Source of the DNA: Trichinella spiralis
Taxonomy: Eukaryota
Assembly (NCBI RefSeq): GCF_000181795.1
Contig: NW_003526943.1
Coordinates: 2,303,666-2,367,665 of the forward strand
Reading direction: 5' to 3'
DNA length: 64,000 bases
Shown: one piece after another, positions 52,045 to 64,000 of the stretch
Layout of the letters: every line of letters starts with the position of its first letter
How positions within the stretch are numbered: position 1 is the first letter of the stretch
Program-made: the position numbers and the translations under genes
Notes under the pieces: model-generated
Told to the model about the DNA's origin: nothing
The model's input: the letters and a program-made list of their open reading frames with translations, nothing else
Databases searched by the model: none

Positions 52045-53371
52045 CTTTATTTAAGCTGCAATTATTGTTTTTTATTCGAATTTTTGAAAATGTCAAATAA
52101 TTAGAACACACGAAAATACTTACAAATATACTGTATTTTTCTCACTTACTTTTACGTTTACTGTAGTAAGAGTAAATGCAAAAAATCTCACAATACTTTT
52201 GGTATGTTTTATTTAAATATTTTGTAAAAAATATTTTTTTATAATTTTATGCATAATTTTTAAAGAAAGAATTTTATTAATTGTTTATTAAAAATGAAGG
52301 TAATGTGTTTACTAGAAAAGTGAATGAAATTGAAGTAAGAAATTTACTTACGATGCGGCATATTTTTTATAATATTTCATTATAAAGTTAATATCTAAAG
52401 TTTATTTTGATTAAGAAAGATCTAAAGGTAATTGCTGCTTAATTCAGTATTTCCCTAAGTGATAGTTGCTTTGTTAATGAAAACAATATTTTAGCATTTT
52501 TGTCAAATGTATCAATTTAAATTATACAAGTAACTACATTGCGTTATGCATGGTTAAACTGGCATACACTGACTCTCAGGAATATAGATTATGAATTTTT
52601 AACATTGTTTAATATTTTCACTAGGCATTTATCTTGTTTTAGCAACAGTACACATTTATTTGCTTTCAACTTTATACAGTTAATTAAAAGATTGTTATAG
52701 ATCACATGTTGAGATCCATAGAATATTACTGCAATATTAGAATTTAAGAATTCTTAGAGTAACTGGGTATTTGAGCTAAAAATTTGAAAAGATTCAATTC
52801 AGAAAGTAAGAAGAGGAAAAAATGCACTTATCGGCAGCATTAATAAAGCAGCATATTTACATTGGAGAATAAATGCAGCTGCAATTAAAAGGTTATATTC
52901 TGTTTTTTATATTTTTAAGTTATATGATAACTGATTTTTTGAAATAAATAATTAACTTGTAGAATCTAAAGTTATGCAGTGGATTGAGCAATAGCTACTT
53001 AGGAAAAGATCTAGGGCTCACAGGAAGCACTACTTTAATAATAAACGATTTAAGTCCAATAATTATGCACTGTGACATGTATGAGAAAAAAGGTTATAGG
53101 CTTACATGTGGATACAAAATGTTTCAAATTCAGTTATAAATTCCTTTTGCATCATTTTATCTTATTTTTGCCCAATGAAAATTTGGTACAGATTTTAAGG
53201 AGAAATTTTATTATCGTTCATCAAGATTCTATTTTCAGTCAACCGCTTTTTATATGAACATTGATTAAAAATAACAGTTTTACAATGAAGTTCTATAAAA
53301 ATGAAAACTAATGTAAAACAACGAACAGTTTGCATAAAATGAACGTAAATGTGATGAGATACTTGGAGAAA

Positions 53372-53862
53372 TTATCTGATCCATTTCTTGGCGAGACAGC
53401 TAAATGTCTTTGAGCATAGACATACCCGCCGAACAGTGGGCCATCTCGCGCTGCAGTCATGGTATTTTGGTTTCCCTTTCCATCCCAAGCATCGGCCGAA
53501 ATTTTTGTCCAACGGATCAACAACAACTGATGGTTGATCGAATGACCACCATGTTCGATCGTCCATCATGCATTTAATCTCCAGTTCCTAAATGAATATT
53601 CAAATTTAAAATTTTTAGTTTTTTTCAAAAAAAAACTTCCAAACTGAACGACCCTCTTGAGAATGTCGATCATTTGCTCTTCATTACGACGGTTCAACTC
53701 CATCAAATCGCATGTGCTATGTCGAGTCATGCAAGCTTCTTGACAACTTTGTCCCTGGTCAGACAAAACGGCAAACTGGATCTGCTCTGCTGAATAAGAT
53801 TTTATCCATAAAATACAGAATGCAAAAAACAATAGAGTGGAACTCGTCGGGATTTTATCCAT
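53372..53862 (-). CDS. Small secreted Cys-rich protein of unknown function; exons at about 53862-53653 and 53587-53372
   Basis: Signal peptide-like MDKIPTSSTLLFFAFCILWIKSYSA, then GQSCQEAC...TCD...KC...DQPS...GRCL...DCSA...RRVCLC. One predicted 65-nt intron with a weak donor. Confidence 0.7.
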
Positions 53863-54690
53863 GCTTGTCCGTTATGAGAACAACTGTTGCATAATAAACA
53901 CAAAGATGCTTTCGCCCTTCGTACGGCATTGACCCTTTTAAAGGTTTCAGCTCGAGCCATTTGCAAATTTGTCACCCACTTACAAATTATTGAAATCAGT
54001 TGCATATATTGCATTCTTCACATAGTTAAATGGTAAACTGTTAATTGTAGTAGGGAATGTTTCAATGGAATTTTCCAACATTCGGTCACTAGATCGCTGG
54101 CCGACATGGGTGCTTGGTTTTGCCAACGCAAACGGCCTGCATTTAATTTTGTTATAACGTCTTCTACGGCACTAGCCAACCTTTTCTAGCTTTTAAATTC
54201 ACCTGAAATTAAAAAGTGAAATTCCATACACAACAAATCGAAAATAGCACTTCAGTAAAGCTAAAAGAAAAATTACAATCGTGCAATTTCCTAAGCTTCT
54301 GAACGCTATATTATTAGTTGTTTTCTCCAAGAACAATTATCTACAAAAATGAAAAATAAGTTTAAAGTGCATCCGTGAAAAGTGGGGAGAAGTAATGTAA
54401 TTTTGTCCGAAAGAGTCCCCAGTACACCACTCAAAAGTTTTATTTATAAAAAAAATTGAAGCATTTGTTCAAATTCATAAATTATACATTTTGAATTAAT
54501 AGTTGCTTAAAGCCTGCGAAATTTTACGTTGCATGTTATAAATAATGCTCTGCAAGTATTCATATACCGTATGCAGGTATGTAATTTTTTGCGTTTGGTA
54601 TATTTGAATTGCTTTAGTTGTTAATTTTTTTTGAATCGAAGAGTGTTTTTTATTGTTCTCTTGAATTTGGCATTTGAATTTAAGAAAAAG

Positions 54691-55924
54691 ATGGAAATGA
54701 AAGATGAACCACCAACAATTAAGGAAGGTTGCTTTGTGGTGATCACGCGCTGCGGTTATTCACGCCTGTGCCCTGTTGTCCCTGGGAAGCGAATTTTGCT
54801 TCACAAAACAGTATTCTATTTAGACAATTTAGTTGGCCACTCCTTCGGCCAATATTTTGAAATTGTCAATAAACAACTTCAAGTTTGTTCGAATACAATA
54901 CCAGAATCGGTTGCTTTTTCGAATAATTTGCCCGACGGTTTGATGTCGGATTCGGATGCAGATTCAAATTCAGATACTGAAGAAGCAAACGGAAATATGG
55001 AAGAAAATGCATCGAATCAAATGGTAACGTGCGAAGAGTTGGCGGAAATGAAAAAGAAAGGCACATCCAGCGATGAGATCATCCGCACATTGGTCAAAGG
55101 AAGTCTGTCGTTCAAGAGGAAATCCACGTTCGCGCAGTCGAAATATGTACAACGGAAAAAGTTGAAACACAGTGAATATGTGCTGGTTCTGAAGCCGACC
55201 ATCCGTTTGTTGGCGGATATTTTCTATAAGAAAAATCCAGGAAAAATGCAATATCTTCGCCAGGATGCTTTTGCGATGCTGCTGGCGAAAAGTAACATTT
55301 ATCCCGGCGCGAGGGTTCTAATAGTGGAAGATTGCTATGGCTTGATTTCTGCGGCGATTGTGGAAAAAATGAATGGCGACGGCATATGCTTGCAAATTCA
55401 CCGAGGTGATCAGTGTCAAAGCAAGCCTTGCTTGGATGCGATGGATTTTCCGGAAAATATTCTTAAAACTTTCCAGCCGGTTCCTATCTCTTTAGCTTTC
55501 AAAGAAAATGAAAACGAAGACAACGCAATCCCGATATTTACCAAATGGCAGCAGAAATTGCAAGAGTTTGAAAAGGGCGAATTTGATTCTTTAATAATCG
55601 CTTCTCGCTTTGATCCACGCATATTATCAGAAAAACTGTTGTCAAAAATTAAGTTAAGTGGAACCATAGTGATATATTCGGCATGCATACAGGTTACATT
55701 TTGAAATTTAATGAAAACTATCTTACGACTCGTATAAAGATATCGTTCAATTTTAGGTACTGTCGGAATGTTTCCAGCAGCTGCGCAGTTCTAATCAAGT
55801 GCTCAATTTGGAAATTATGGACACCTTCATGCGTTATTACCAAATTTTGCCAAATCGAACCCGACCAGAAATGAATGGTCATGTTTCTTGTGGTTATTTG
55901 TTATCTGGCATTGTTGCTGAATAA
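54691..55924 (+). CDS. TRM6: tRNA (adenine-58 N1)-methyltransferase non-catalytic subunit; exons 54691-55692 and 55757-55924
   Basis: SFKRKSTFAQSKYVQRKKLKH, LRQDAFAMLLAKSNI, CYGLISAAIVEKMNGDG, RYYQILPNRTRPEM...GYLLSG. Confidence 0.92.
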
Positions 55925-56288
55925 TAAAATTACAAAACGATTTTTATGAACAATTATAAATTATAACGCTACTGAAGAGTACTGTTAGGATGAAGTGATT
56001 AAGTATTTAATTTTTATTTTAAAATAACATTAAATTATTTTAGGAGAAAAATGTAATGGAAAACATTTCCCGATGTACAGCAAATTCTGAATTTAATTTG
56101 TAATAATACAAATGTCATAATTACCGTAAGACAGAATAGCATTCAGGCATAATTTTTCTTTAATATTTATTTGTGCGATTTGCACACATTTATATTTTGT
56201 TGCTTGCTATCTTTTTATGAAAAGCGAATATTTGCGACTAATGAATTTTATGCACTTTTTGTAATGTTATAATGGTTAGTGATTTTTG

Positions 56289-56774
56289 ACTGTCTTTGGC
56301 TGCGTTGTCTTCCACGGGGGCAGTCGCGTCTGAGGTGGTCCAAACTGCCGCAATTGAAGCATCCGGCTCCTCTCCTGGCAAAGTTGCCCATCTCTCCAAT
56401 CAAGGCGTCGATAGGCTGGGCCGCCACGGTCTTTTCCGGCTTCATGACGCCTGTGTGCGGCTGTCGGCTCTCTTGGAAATCTTTTTCCACTTGGATGACC
56501 CAGCTGACCGGCCAGCTTCCAAGCTTTGGCGAGGGTCGGCGGTTTCTGCAGCCAGATCGCCCGATACACATCCCACGACGTTATTCCACTGGCGAACTGC
56601 GCCACCAGATCGCGTTCCGACACGCAGGCCCTGCATCCCAGCTCTGCCACCTCCTGGGCGTATTGCTGGATGGTCTGACCTTCACGTTGGCGCAGGGCGT
56701 GGAATCGCTCAATCAGTCCCAGCGTCGACTCCTCCTGGCCGTAGGCGCTTGGCAGCCGCCTCCTTGCCACACGA
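56289..56774 (-). mobile_element. Isolated Gypsy-type gag fragment with CCHC knuckle, frameshifted
   Basis: Sharp GC-rich island; FHALRQREGQTIQQYAQEV, QFASGI, PPTLAKA; CFNCGSLDHLRRDC lies in a second frame. Confidence 0.85.
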
Positions 56775-58056
56775 ATTTTTGTTAAACTATTCTTAATTTG
56801 TAAAAGTAGCAATTTAAAAAAATGTTCAAAGAATGTCAGCATGTTGATTCATGTTGCTTATCCTAAATTTAATAACTATTCTGTCATAAACCTTTTCAGA
56901 ACACTGTTCAGGTCTTGGTTTGGTAATTTTATAAAAATTTAAACTGCCATCGTCTGACCAAGTTATATTTTAATTTTTGTGAGTTGGTACATATTGCAAT
57001 AAATCAACAAAACCATTACATTAAACATTAGATTTTGAAATTTGCATTGTTTGTTATTTTTCCATTTTACTTTTATCAAATTGAACTTTAAGAGTGAATT
57101 TATTTTTCCATAACGATTTTACTGCTTGTCAGCATGATCTTTGTCCACTGTACCTTGAACAGAATGCAATATATCCATCCCATTAAGGAACCAGAAATGA
57201 ACCGCCTTATTACATACATTACAGAATTTATAATTTTTTAATAAAAAATTTTCTTTCATTTGAGAAATCACATTAATCAGCATATAATAGAAGTTGGCCT
57301 GCTTACGAAAGAAAATTCAGACAATAGATTTATTGCTGAGCATTCCACTTATTAAATATTTATCATCTACATTTTATTGATGTTTTCAATCCATCTTATA
57401 AAGAAATATATTCCATCCTTTAAAGTTTTTCTTATTTAAGTATAATTTTGACAATTATGAATCATTTTTTTATATATCAATTTTTTTGACGTATTATTTT
57501 CACGGTTGTATTTTTGTTGTGCAACTCTAATAATACCGCATGTTTATTCATGGTTGAGTTGTTTTATTTGTGTACATACATTTATTACATTTGAAAATTC
57601 ATCATGTAAACAATTTACATGATGATTAATTTGCATGCACCTAGAATTGAATAATAAAAGTAACATTAGTTAAGTGATTGTTATTAGTTATTGTCGAATA
57701 GTAGAAATTGAATTCTATGAATAAGTGTTGTTTGTGTATTGTAAGTGTATGAATGAAGTCGCAATTTTCAAAAGTTAACAAAAATACAATTGCCGCTTTG
57801 ATTTCCAAAAGAAAATACAAGTGAAATAAATATTATTTCAAATGCAATAAACATGCCGTATGCCAAACATGCTGCTGTTGATTAGAAAATAACACGACTA
57901 TTGAAAATTGAAATTTTTAATTAAAAAGCAACTGATTTAATTGAATTCCAATCTGAGAATAATGCTGCTAATTAAGAAATTAAAAACAAACAAACAAAAA
58001 GAAACTGTAAATATGTATTGCAAGGAGAATGGATTTTTGGAAAATATTAGGTAGAG

Positions 58057-59019
58057 TTAAAAAGTAACGCGTCTTTTGATTTTGCAAAAATAACATACCA
58101 AAAGTGACAAAACAAGCAACAGCAAACCAAAGACGACATAGCTGAGCAAAATTTGCATCAAAGCGAAAAGATAGACTTGTTGAGCGCAGAGACGCCTGGG
58201 CGTTGGCGACCGTTCGGATTGGCTGAACGGCGGCTTGTAGACGGAAAATACCCAATAATTGCCCAAAGCGAACCAGAACAAATAGCAGGCCAGCAGAAGC
58301 AATTTCGTGTTCCGGGCTGCCAGACGTGTGAAGCGAAAATTTTCGCCAGCCGAATCATTTCTGCTACAGGCGTTGTTGTTCTCTTGGAGATCTTGCTCTT
58401 CGGCGTCGGCTTCTTTCTGCAAATGCAGACGGCTACAGAAAAGCATCGCCACAAGCAGCAAAAGGCAACTGCCGCCGACGACCAAATAAACAGGGATTTC
58501 ATCTCTTATGGGACATTTTTCCAAATAACGCAAACCTGAAGAAGCTTCACAATGGCTGCATTGCAATACGATGAATGAATCAAGCAAACAATTCTACTTA
58601 CCGAAAAAGCACATCAAAACGGCAAATATCAACGTACTTGAAAGTAATACAGTAGTTAAAGCTGTTATTTGAAAAAAAAACAAATGAAAGCAAATTTGTC
58701 TCAATTTGTGTTCTATGGTTTAACTTACTGGTCACTTCGACAATTTTAAATACATTGTACAGAAATGTTCGAACTGAATTCGTTCCAACGCTCAGCTCAT
58801 ACAACACTAAACAATGATGCGGAGGTCTTGTTTTGGCCAACGGCATTGCTGCACGATCCGACTGCTCAAAAATACCAGCATCCAGGTAGGCGATCCCAGG
58901 CTGAGCTCACTTTTACCTATCGAACGAATGTCGATTAAGCAAGCGCTGGTCAGCTTAATTGTTAATGAACCGATTGTAATGCTAGCGTTTCTGAAATGCG
59001 CTTCGTTAACGCCATCCAT
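58057..59019 (-). CDS. TMEM272-like multi-pass membrane protein; 5' exons uncertain
   Basis: MCFFG|LRYLEKCPIRDEIPVYLVVGG, WFALGNYWVFSVYKP, LCAQQVYLFA; a TM exon at about 58661-58602 splices in frame. Confidence 0.7.
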
Positions 59020-60007
59020 TGATCACTGAGCTGAATCTCTCTCTCTTTCTCTCACTCATTCACTGTGCAGTACTTGTAAAATATTCACCAGTCATTCAAC
59101 CAACCGTTTGCTACAAAATAATAATTGCTTATCATTACATCTCGTCAATGCAGGCAAATCTGCATTATTGTTCACCTTCATTGCACATTATTCAAATTTA
59201 CTCATCTTGTTTTATTGCTTGAAACCACTGATGTCACGGTTTGCAAATATTAATTACATAATTTGAAATTGACTGATGCTTGAAAAATTAAGATTCCATT
59301 CATTCAATTAAATTCTGCTCTCATGTTTTATAATGCTTTTCAATGACAAATTCAATCAAAATAATAAAAAGAGTTATAAATTCATTTTTCAACTTTTCAT
59401 TAAAACCAAAATGAAAAACAGATTAATTTCATTTCATGTAAATATTACGTATTACAACATCAAATTATCCATTAATAAAAAATATTAACAGTCATAGATA
59501 TTTTTATATTCCATCTATATTCATGAAACGTGAACATGTTACTGAAAAATGACATAAAGATCTCAGTAATAATTAGTTCTTTGGATATGATGGGTGATTT
59601 AATTTTTTTTGATATATATACATATTGAGAAAGAAATTATCCCTTAAAATAATGTATTGCATGCGTTAAGAGTCATTTGTAAACTTTCAACAGCAATAAA
59701 GGAAATGTAATATTAATCATTCATTGACACGTTTCATTGATTAATTCGAAATCAATAATGCAACATGAAATTTGTCTATAAATCAGAAGCTTCAAAAGAA
59801 AAATTGCATACCTTAAGATGTCATTACCTGCTTACCAAGTTCAATCTGAAACATGAAAACATATTAAACATTAATTTTTCTCAGTATATATGACATGTTT
59901 TATGATAAAAAATTTTCAATAAAACTCGAATTAAATGCTATTAGCTAAAAGAAAAAAATATGCACAAGAAAAAAATCAACAGTGCAGAAAATATCCGTGT
60001 ATTTTAT

Positions 60008-60786
60008 TCAAAGTGTCTGTTCATCAACAGAAGGAAGAGATTTGTGAGTGCCATCACAGAATGGCCGATTTCTCGTTTGTTTGCAATTGCACAACCAAAC
60101 TTCTTCATCCTTATCGCTGATGTATCTCACTGGTCGTAAGCGTGTGTTTTCTCTGTTGTGAGAACCATCGCAGTACGGCTTAAATGATAATTTTCCATTC
60201 GTTTATTCATTGCAACTGTTATGCTAATGATCATTAATTGCGACACGAAAAACAAATCAACTCACTTGACTGTGACTGTAACCACAACTGCACCAGGCAT
60301 ATTTTTTGTCTTTTTCAAATTTCACTTTAACTGGCAGCCTACTGTACACCTTTCCGTATTCTGGAAGAAGATGATTTGAACCTTGCAAACCGTACGGTTC
60401 TTCAGGTTTCTTTTGCCATATCTGAGCAGAAGTATCAAAAATTAATTAATAAATCTACCCGAAAGCAAAACAATCTTAGCTCACGGTGTAATATTTCAAT
60501 GGGTTTGGTGCTACACCGACAAATGTAGTTCCTTTCTTGTAATATGTGTTGGGTCCCCAACCAGTCTTTCGACGTACCAACTGCGTAATAATTACCCGTG
60601 AACGCATCACTGTACACCACCGTGATAGAAATAGACAATTCTGCATTTCTTATTACCATAAAATAAGAAATATTACAAACTCCTACATATATATATATAC
60701 ACGTACATGCGAAAGTATCTTGTCAAGAGAGCAAACGAATCTCTTCCAAATTGTACAACAAATGCAAAATCAACGCTTTTGCTCAT
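60008..60786 (-). CDS. CISD3: CDGSH iron-sulfur domain protein 3 (two CDGSH domains); start uncertain
   Basis: YAWCSCGYSHSQPYCDGSH and VWLCNCKQTRNRPFCDGTH. Confidence 0.9.
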
Positions 60787-61053
60787 CTATTTTTATGATT
60801 GATCTGATGCAAAAATACTGTTCAAAAAATGATAAAATTTGCTGGTAAGACATCGCTGAACGAACAAAACCAAAAAATAACAAAACATAAGACAACAGTG
60901 ACAAAAGGCTGCTTGCTTAAAGTGAGATTGCTTAAAGCTGTGCTGACATGAAGAAAAAGCAAAAGCAAAGACAATAAAGAGGTTTCGATGGAGACTGAAA
61001 GCAATCAATTAATCAAGCAACATATATGATGCAAGAAAGCGGATGGTTTGGAT

Positions 61054-62842
<1,789 letters not shown>

Positions 62843-63394
62843 TGGGCAAGCACCGGCGACTGCAAACGTTAACAATTTCCAGCTTTGTACTGTAATTCGA
62901 TAATTTCTGTTGTTTTCTCAGGTTCGAATGAATAATCTTTTATGCACGTAAATAAGTGAAGCATTTTTCTAAAAAATTTGTAAATATATAACTAAAAAAA
63001 CATTACAATTTAGCAAAAAGTTATAAATATCGCTTTAAAAGTGCATTAGATTTGCAGTATATTTTTTGACAAAATTTTTCATGTTAAAATACTTTTAAAA
63101 TTAATTTCAAAAATTCAGATTTGCAATAATCTGTAAAATTTTAATATTTTGATAATGCGAAATTTTTAATTTTTGAAATATATTTTTAAGCGTTGACTAT
63201 ATTTTGTATTTCATTAATTAATTGTAAAACATATTAATTTAACAATAATTTATGATATTTAATTGTTACGTGCTACTTATCAAGATAAAATTATTTCATA
63301 CTGTAATGTTTTATTAAAGATTTTCAGGAAAAAGTAACGTGCCGTCAGTATTCTGTAATCATAAAACAAAATTGTTTTGTTGTTTAGTTGCAAA

Positions 63395-63960
63395 ATGTTT
63401 CGTTCCCCTTCCTTCCTTGAATTAATAGTGCGCAGCAATTGTTTTTATTCAAAAATTCACTATCATAATAATAATTTAAAGCGAAAACTTTTAACTCGAT
63501 ATTCTTCTGAAGTTTTTCCTTGTGTTTCGTATTTTTCCGACAAACCAACAACTGCTCGTGTTTCATCCCAACATGTGCCATTATCTGGCTTAGTTGTCCA
63601 GAAATTTCCACAGTCATGGCAGCCTTATCTCAGACTTATGAGAGCGGATAAACCGGTGGGTAAGTATTATACGTATAATGCATTGCTCTCATTTTATTTT
63701 TTACTTCCGCAAAGCAGTGTCATGATTGTATAGTGTGTTTAAACATTAATAAATTACTATAAAATTATTCATATTCATTTATTATACGTTTAGGAACTCT
63801 GTTGCTCTACTGGCCATCTACGTGGAGTATTGCTTTGTGCTCCTCACCAGGTTCCTTGCCAAATATTGAATTGCTTACACTTTTTGGCTTGGGTGCTTTT
63901 TTCATGCGGGGTGCGGGATGTGTTGTGAACGATCTTTGGGACAAGGAATTTGATAAAAAA
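63395..63960 (+). CDS. COQ2: 4-hydroxybenzoate polyprenyltransferase, 5' part (exons 63395-63659 and 63794-63960); continues beyond the window
   Basis: PYLRLMRADKPVGTLLLYWP, GAFFMRGAGCVVNDLWDKEFDKK. Confidence 0.95.
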
Positions 63961-64000
63961 GTACGGTTTATTCATTTTGAAAATTTATACACTTTTTAAT

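Noticed and set aside
47930..55924. ELP2 and TRM6 as a tRNA-modification cluster; mitochondrial genes (MRPL36, MRPS10, CISD3, COQ2) as a functional cluster
   Set aside because: Mixed strands with unrelated genes between them; ordinary housekeeping density explains it without synteny evidence

Overview
AT-rich eukaryotic genomic DNA with short introns and TTTCAG-type acceptors. Gene content and repeat families point to a clade I nematode, most likely Trichinella (inference). From left to right: a brat/ncl-1 TRIM-NHL gene (minus) with about 4 kb of downstream and 8 kb of upstream non-coding DNA; a decayed LTR/MULE nest (16.7-19 kb); Rab escort protein; a LITAF/BRI3-like gene divergent from MCM2; MRPL36; a CDV3-like gene; MRPS10; a decayed Gypsy (Mag-like) element with nested hAT and LTR insertions (34.3-38.2 kb); a secreted trypsin-fold protein lacking the catalytic triad; a solo LTR; twist; ELP2; a small secreted Cys-rich protein; TRM6; an orphan gag fragment; a TMEM272-like gene; CISD3; secernin; and the 5' part of COQ2. 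I found no clear new multi-gene system. The best leads are a RING-retaining Brat with a let-7-complementary site beside UUGUU tracts in its presumed 3' UTR, a stand-alone secreted protein resembling the MGAT5 C-terminal Cys domain, and the pseudoprotease. All calls come from reading the sequence and recalled family motifs; no searches were run, and exon boundaries are manual predictions.
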